The position numbers were made by a program, and so were the translations under genes. This document shows positions 23,894-30,515 of a DNA stretch of 30,515 nt, in pieces (the stretch's first letter is position 1; each line of letters opens with the position of its first letter). Under the pieces are notes generated by a model. The model searched no databases. It had not been told where the DNA came from and saw only the letters and a program-made list of their open reading frames with translations. The DNA is taken from the NCBI RefSeq assembly GCF_006345805.1, contig NW_021832442.1:1-30515 (forward strand). Reading direction: 5' to 3'. Source of the stretch: Octopus sinensis. Taxonomy: Eukaryota.

Positions 23894-24151
23894 TATACCA
23901 ATCGGTTCCGAACTGCAACGGACTAGTCAATTGTTCACTGCATTTACGATGTGGAAATTGATAAGATAGTATCTGAACAACTCAAAAATGCATGTAACAA
24001 AATGCTGTAAAGTATGTTGTTTACGCCCTTGGAATTTAGAGACTTCGAGAGAATGCGAAATAATTCGTTTTTATCGGTTCAGCTTGAAGTAGATAAAACA
24101 ATAAAGGATAGCATATAAATATTGTGTCAAAAATCCCTTTTTCATAGAAAC

Positions 24152-24240
24152 AGCCGAGAGCTGCCCGTGGGACACGAACCCACAGTTTCTAAAAGCATGA
24201 CAGACGTTCTTCCATTGAGATTTGTCGGGAAGCCTCGGTT
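24152..24240 (-). pseudogene. tRNA-like sequence (tRNA pseudogene or orphan SINE head)
   Basis: T arm GTGGG-TTCGTGT-CCCAC, A-box-like CTCAATGG, acceptor-like GCTTCCC/GGGCAGC (6 of 7 pairs); D arm and spacing are aberrant. Confidence 0.5.
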
Positions 24241-24472
24241 TATCTTCTTTTTTGTTGATGTTTAGCGCTATAACGATTTACATGACTGGAAGCTTTATAA
24301 ATGAATATAAATATATGCTGAAATGAAATGCCTAATAGCAATCAGAAATACTCAATGTAAATACAAAGGCCTTATGAAGAACTCAATAAAGAGAATAAAC
24401 ACTGTTATCTCGATAAGGGCTCTGATGTTTTAAACACCAAATGTTAGACTGATAGATAGATAGATAAAACAA

Positions 24473-24522
<50 letters not shown>

Positions 24523-24524
<2 letters not shown>

Positions 24525-24612
24525 TTTTTCCTTTTTCCTGAGCGCCTAATAATAATAATACTTTAATTGTTCCACGTGTTGTTGTTTTTCTGTTTTCCCG
24601 TTTGGATTAACT
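24523..24612 (+). mobile_element. Extreme 3' fragment of family PA within (TA)n
   Basis: TTCCTGAGCGCCTAATAAT..TTGTTCCACGT..GTTTGGATTAAC matches 7230-7310. Confidence 0.7.
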
Positions 24613-24616
24613 ATAT

Positions 24617-24674
<58 letters not shown>

Positions 24675-24794
24675 TAATAGTTCGGCAGACAGATAAACAA
24701 GATAGATAGATAGATAGATAGATAGGTGCGTAGGCAGATAGGTAGATAGATAGGGAAATGTGCATGTAAGGTAGGCTTGCGCACATTTTCTGTT

Positions 24795-24961
24795 TATACG
24801 ACGGGCTTCTTTCAGTTTCCGTCTAGCAAATCCACTCACAAGGCTTTGGTCGGCCCGAGGCTATAGTAGAAGACACTTGCGCAAGGTGCCACGCAGTGGG
24901 ACTGAACTCGGAACCATGTGGTTTGTAAGCAAGCTACTTACCACACAGCCACTCCTACGCA
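24795..24961 (-). mobile_element. SINE family B, 5' half
   Basis: Reverse complement of about 23478-23643. Confidence 0.9.
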
Positions 24962-25015
24962 TATCTACGTATGTATGTATGTATGTATGTACATATGCAT
25001 ATATATATATATATA

Positions 25016-25355
25016 TGCCAAGGACTCCAAATTTGCCATCAAGATGTAGGACAAGATATTGTGATAGCCTAGTCTTCCGAGGCCCACAGCTCTTCAATAT
25101 CCTCCCGAAGAACCTGAGAGACCTGCATGGGGTGGATGCAGATGTCTTTAAAATGAAACTGGATCTCTTCTTGTCAGGTATCCCAGATGAACCAACTTCA
25201 CGGCAGGAGGTGCAGATGAGGGCAGCTGCATCGAACTCTCTCATGCACCAAATGGCAATTGCTAAAAAGCATTCGTGAAGTAAAATCATGTAGCAACACC
25301 AAATGGCGGTGCCCCAGCATGACCACAGCTAGTGAGCTGAAACTAGGTAAATAAA

Positions 25356-25356
<1 letters not shown>
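25016..25356 (+). mobile_element. 5'-truncated CR1/L2-group LINE 3' end with an uninterrupted C-terminal frame
   Basis: RTRYCDSLVFRGPQLFNILPKNLRDLHGVDADVFKMKLDLFLSGIPDEP..SNSL, stop at 25278, tail GGCGGTGCCCCAGCATGACCACAGCTAGTGAGCTGAAAC. Confidence 0.92.
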
Positions 25357-25391
<35 letters not shown>

Positions 25392-26329
25392 GTATATATA
25401 CAAATAGTTAATTCAAAAAAGGAGAAACAGAAAAAAAGACAACAACGTGTGGACGTAGCACATGTAAAGTATGAATAAAACGCTAGAGAAGGAAAAGTGT
25501 GCACGTGTGAGTATGTGTGTGTGTGTACATGTGCGCGAGCGTGTGTGTGTACTTAAGTACTTGTATATGTATTTCTAGGCAGATGTGCATGTATTTGCGT
25601 ACGAGGAAAAAAACAGAGAAACTAGCAAAGACAAAAAATAAAAAAGTAGGTATGATCAGATATCTATCCTCAAAACCCCTCGCATCAGAAATCATTTGCT
25701 ACAAAACATTGGCATCTACTTACCCTTAGTTGCGCATTTGTCTCCAAAATAATACGCAACATGAATAAAATTTTCGTTTAAGTTTTGAAGTAAGAGACAT
25801 CTTAACAACATACAACCAGTTAGGCATTTCAAAGTCTAAGAGTAGAGGAGGGAAGTTCACGATCAATTTGTTGATCAGTTCACTAAAAATGCAAAGTACA
25901 CAGATAAACGTTACAAAATCACCGGTCACCTAGATATGTACATAGAAACGGTTAAAACGAAAAATGCAGCGTTGTAATTAATGGTCGTAGTGGCTAGAAC
26001 GGTTTCGTGTAATCAAAGTTTTGCTGAAGTATAGGCACCAACAGAGTGGGAAAATAGATCACGCACATTTAGAGGGAGGGGAAGAAGGGAGGCAGGATAG
26101 AGACAGATAAAATTAGAAAGGAATTGGTATAAAATAATAAATAATAGTTCATATATAATATTATATTGAATTATATATATATATAATATATATACTCTAC
26201 CCTATATTGAGTACTCTTTTTTTTTATTTTTTTTCATCTTTTTTCCACCTTGTTTTTCATATTTATGTGTTTTGATATCTTTTTACCATATACGGTGTAT
26301 TTATATATATATATATATGAATCTATATG

Positions 26330-26369
<40 letters not shown>

Positions 26370-26501
26370 ATATAATATATATATACATACATATATATTC
26401 ATATATATATATATATATATATCTATATACACATACATATATATATATATATAGATGAACAGAGAGAGAGAGAGAGCGAGAGAAGAGAGAGAGAGAGAAG
26501 A

Positions 26502-27233
26502 GGAAAAGTAGAGTTGAAAAGCACTGGGAGATAGTTAAATATAATTTTTTATTGATATATTTAAGTTAAAAATTTAAAAAATTTAAACCTTTTTCACAGT
26601 TTACGCTGATTTTCAAAAAGTTTGAAATAGAAATTCGTGGCTTATGTCGCAGCTGTTTTGCTTCTGTCTAGTGTTTGAAGCTTGCCCTACTTTTATGGAG
26701 AGTTCACGGCTCAAATAAGTATACGTTTTGAATAGGATTTGATTTGATTGGCAGAGGATAGTCACATGATTGGTCTTAGAAATTTTGTAAGTTCCACGCT
26801 ACGTCCGTGGGTTAGTATCAAGTGACAATGTTTGGCGACGTAAGTTAAGGCTGACGCGGTTGACTGAACATGTGAAAACAATCGGGAAACGTACAATATG
26901 TTGTGAACTTAATCATGTGTTCATTCACTACAAACATTTGACAGACAACATTCAGAGCATCGAATTTATAAAAAATTCTAAGACCAATCATGTGACTATC
27001 CTCTACCAATCAAACCCTATTCAAAACACATACTAATTTGAATCATGAACTCCCTATAAAATTAGGGCAAGCTTCAAACACTAGTCAGAAGCAAGACAGT
27101 TGCGACATAAGCCACGTCTTTCTATTTCAACTTTTCGAAAATCATTTCAAACTGTGAAACTGTATAAAGCTTCAAATATATTAATAAAAAATATTTTAAC
27201 AATTTTCAATGCATTTTCAACTTCTAATTTTCC
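26502..27233. repeat. Long inverted repeat (arms about 300 and 280 bp, spacer about 155 bp); MITE/fold-back-like
   Basis: AGAGGATAGTCACATGATTGGTCTTAGAA pairs with TTCTAAGACCAATCATGTGACTATCCTCT; CTAGTGTTTGAAGCTTGCCCTA pairs with TAGGGCAAGCTTCAAACACTAG; CGTGGCTTATGTCGCA pairs with TGCGACATAAGCCACG. Confidence 0.93.
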
Positions 27234-27267
27234 AATATTTCTACCCGTGTGGAATAAAATAACTTTG

Positions 27268-27316
<49 letters not shown>

Positions 27317-27318
27317 TA

Positions 27319-28103
27319 CAGGGAATGATTGGTAAATTATCGCTATTTTATAATTTTTTATTTTGCGCATGGTTTGTTTTTGATTTTGTTGTCTACTCAA
27401 TATGACAGGGTCAGTTGGGCACCGTCTGTGAGAAAAAGAGCACCATGACGTTATTCACTGTGCCAGAAATTTTGAAACGACATGCTGTACTGCTTGCCAT
27501 TCGCGCCGGAAACGCCACTACGAACATTTCAGAGATGAGAAAGGGCCAATTTTTACTCCATGGCGTCAAGGAAAAGAGGATAGACCATGCTTCGAAGCTT
27601 TTGAACAAACTCAAGCATCCCCTCCAAATGAACATGTTTTGGTTTTCCTCAGATGAGAAGTATCTGTCAGGATCAGATGGTGAATCCATAGAACAACCGT
27701 TGGCACACAAACAGGGGAAGCGTGTCATGCTTGTCAGACAATTTCTGCGACCACATCACTCCTAATATCTGCCCACCCAACTCCCCAGACGGCAACCCTC
27801 TTGATTATTATGTGTGGGGTGCAGTTGAGTAAGTGACCAACAAAACTCCTTGTAACACCAGAGATGAACTGAACGCAAGGATTATGGCAGCATTCACCAA
27901 CTTAAACAAGGAGACAGTTCGGAAGAGTTGCAGAAGATTCCGAAGTCGTCTGGAGGCCACTGACGATTTTATTGAATAAATTTACTTTTTAGTATTTCAA
28001 GATATTTCTAGGTAATTTTCATAAATATATATGTTAAAACGAGAAGTCAGTGTTATTTTCTTTTTTAGCATAATTTAGACGTCAATTTACTCACCGCACC
28101 CTG
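27319..28103 (+). mobile_element. DD37D (maT-type) deletion derivative with both ends
   Basis: TA|CAGGGAATGATTGGTAAATT ... AATTTACTCACCGCACCCTG|TA; remnants MTLFTVPEILKRH, KLLNKLKHP..WFSSDEK, PPNSPDGNPLDYYVWG; homologous to 7780-8431. Confidence 0.9.
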
Positions 28104-28259
28104 TAATATATGCATACATACATACATACATACATACATACATACATACGTACATACATACTACATACATACATACATACTACATACATACATACATACA
28201 TACATACATACATACATACACACACACAATATATATATGTAATATATTATTATATATAT

Positions 28260-28302
<43 letters not shown>

Positions 28303-28718
28303 TCATTACATATATATGTGAATGTATGAAGGGCATTATGCAAGATACGTGTATGTATATCTCTATATGTATATTCTATATCTATATCTGTATGTGCATT
28401 TATGCATTACTATGTATATGCATGACAAATTGTACGCTGACAAACATATAATACGAGTACACAAAGACATCCCACAGATAGAGAATCATGCGTAAGCACA
28501 TTCAAACATACAAACTAGACGTGCTATTTCTATACAATGTAGTGTCATTTTACAAATTCTGCGGAGATTTTTAGACTAATGCCTGCGGCGTCTAGAACAG
28601 GAACCGCAATCTATATATAATACTTACTCCAACACTATAGAAGAAGCACTTGAAAGACGACAGATATATGTGTGTGTACGCATACGTGTGTATATGCATA
28701 CTCATATATATTATGTAT

Positions 28719-28750
<32 letters not shown>

Positions 28751-28929
28751 ATATATATATATATGCATGTATATATACATATAGATGTAGGTATATACAT
28801 ATATGTATGTAGTATGCATGTTTTATTTTTTAAATTGTTATTATATGATTGAACGCCTCGCGTCACTTTCTTATTTCTCCAAGTAAGTTATTATATATAT
28901 ATATATATGTCTATATGTGTATATATATA

Positions 28930-28970
<41 letters not shown>

Positions 28971-29290
28971 TATGTGTGTGTGTGTGTATATATGTATAAA
29001 TGTATGCACATATATATTTTTGTTTTTATATTAGGTTGTGTCTATAAACTTCTTAACATTAAACTGAAGAATTACTCAATAATTCTTTTTAGTGAGTATA
29101 TGTTTTGTTTATAAAACTTTTACAAGATGATAGGTCGTAGTGACTTCGAAGTTTCGACTTGGTTTTCTTCGTGAAATATATTTGTGTGTGTGTGCGTGTG
29201 ATCCAGGGTTAAACATCATCATCATCATCACATCATCATCATCATCTTCATCATCTTCACCATCAACAATAATTTAAAGAAACTATAATA

Positions 29291-29792
29291 TTCATTTCTA
29301 CTATAGGCACAAGGTCTGAAATTTGAACGAGAGAAGTTAATCAATTATATTGACCCCAGTGAAAGGCAAAGTCGATTTTGGAGGAATTTGAACTCAGAAT
29401 CAAAGACCAATGAAATACCGCTAAGCATTTTTTCGGTGTGCTAACGATTCTGCCGGCTCACCGCCTAGTCCAGGAAACTATAGCATTGCTTTTACAAATT
29501 TTGGCACAATGCCAGCAATTTTGGGGAAGGGGCTAAGTCGATTACATCGAGCCCAGTGCTCAAGTGATACCGAAATTATGAAAGTCAAAGTGACACCAGC
29601 AAAATTTGAACTTAGAACGTAAAAGGAAACTATGATGAGTGGTTTCAAATTTTGACACAAGGCCAGCAAGCTAGAGAGAGGGGTAAATCTATTACATCGA
29701 GCCAATGCTCAACTGTTACTTATTTTATCGACCCTAAAAGGATGAACGACGAAGTCGGCCTCAGCGGAATTTGAACTCAGAACGTAAAAGGA
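29291..29792 (-). mobile_element. Three adjacent SINE family A copies
   Basis: 29291-29466 (with head), 29487-29627 and 29640-29792 (both 5'-truncated). Confidence 0.85.
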
Positions 29793-30169
29793 GAATATTA
29801 AGGATGATGTGTCTACGCAGATAATTCACGAATGTCGTCGTTGCCATTGTCTCGCCCTAAATCATCTTTAATCGAGAAAAACATGTTCAAAGTCCTTCCA
29901 ATTGTGACCAGTAAACATTTTCTTGTTTACCCTATTGTATATAACAGTATTATTTAACGAAACCATTTTATTTAGGAGTGTGAATTTCGAATCAACCAGC
30001 CACTGGAGATTTTAACGTTCTTGCTCCTGTTCTTGTTTAACACTTAAATGCGTCCTGATAGAGTAGCTCATAACCAACTACGTTCCGAGCGTGGCCGTTC
30101 ATTGTCTTTGATAGATTGGACGCTCAGCCAGCCGGAGGTAATTTTTCTCGCCTCACGATATTTTTCTAT

Positions 30170-30500
30170 ACTACTATTTATTCTATAACCTTTCAAAATT
30201 TCTCCCTGGCGTTACCCATTACAATTCGTCTTGACCTAACGGTCCTAAATGTCTGTTTTCGTCGATTATTTACTTCTGTACGTCCACTCTGGTATCGTTT
30301 GTTCGTTCGAAGCCCTTACCCTCCACAAATTTATATTTCTAAAATTTCTGGATTATGCTGTCTTATGAAGTTTTCCTGTCTTGACGTTAAAAGTACGAAA
30401 CAGGGAGTAATGAAGAGTGGTTAGACTTCTTTTGGTATTTTGTCTCGTGCTTATCTCTCATTGTGTGTTTACGTATTTTTCACTAGTCGGTGATGTCCTG
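30170..30500 (+). mobile_element. Interspersed repeat family PB, copy 3 (diverged)
   Basis: Loose collinearity with the reverse complement of 13647-13965. Confidence 0.45.
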
Positions 30501-30515
30501 CTCTTAATGTGTATT

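Noticed and set aside
24877-25278. 133-aa ORF as a host gene
   Set aside because: Chance in-frame fusion of antisense SINE B, a microsatellite and a LINE ORF2 C-terminus.
30052-30085. CTGATAGA-GTAG..CTAC hammerhead-like stretch
   Set aside because: GAAA box absent and the first box has an insertion.

Overview
AT-rich, microsatellite-dense eukaryotic DNA, intronic or intergenic. The repeat families resemble those of octopod cephalopods; this is an inference from recalled repeat families, not from a search. No intact protein-coding gene is supported, and almost all ORFs in the track are translated simple repeats or SINE sequence. The window is a mosaic of dead mobile elements: three 3' fragments of CR1/L2-group LINEs, three tRNA-derived SINE families (about 15 copies or fragments), a near-full-length DD34D mariner interrupted by a dimeric SINE, two further mariner derivatives, two DD37D (maT-type) deletion derivatives, two long fold-back inverted repeats, and several Penelope-like terminal fragments sitting in (TA)n/(CA)n tracts. 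The most notable signals are: (i) four minimal hammerhead-ribozyme-like motifs, three of them in the Penelope-like fragments; (ii) a 3' stem-loop shared by LINE and SINE tails, with compensatory base changes; (iii) the two fold-backs; (iv) a tRNA-like element with an extended terminal stem; and (v) a few weakly supported minus-strand exon candidates. Boundaries were read by eye and are approximate unless TIRs or TSDs are quoted.
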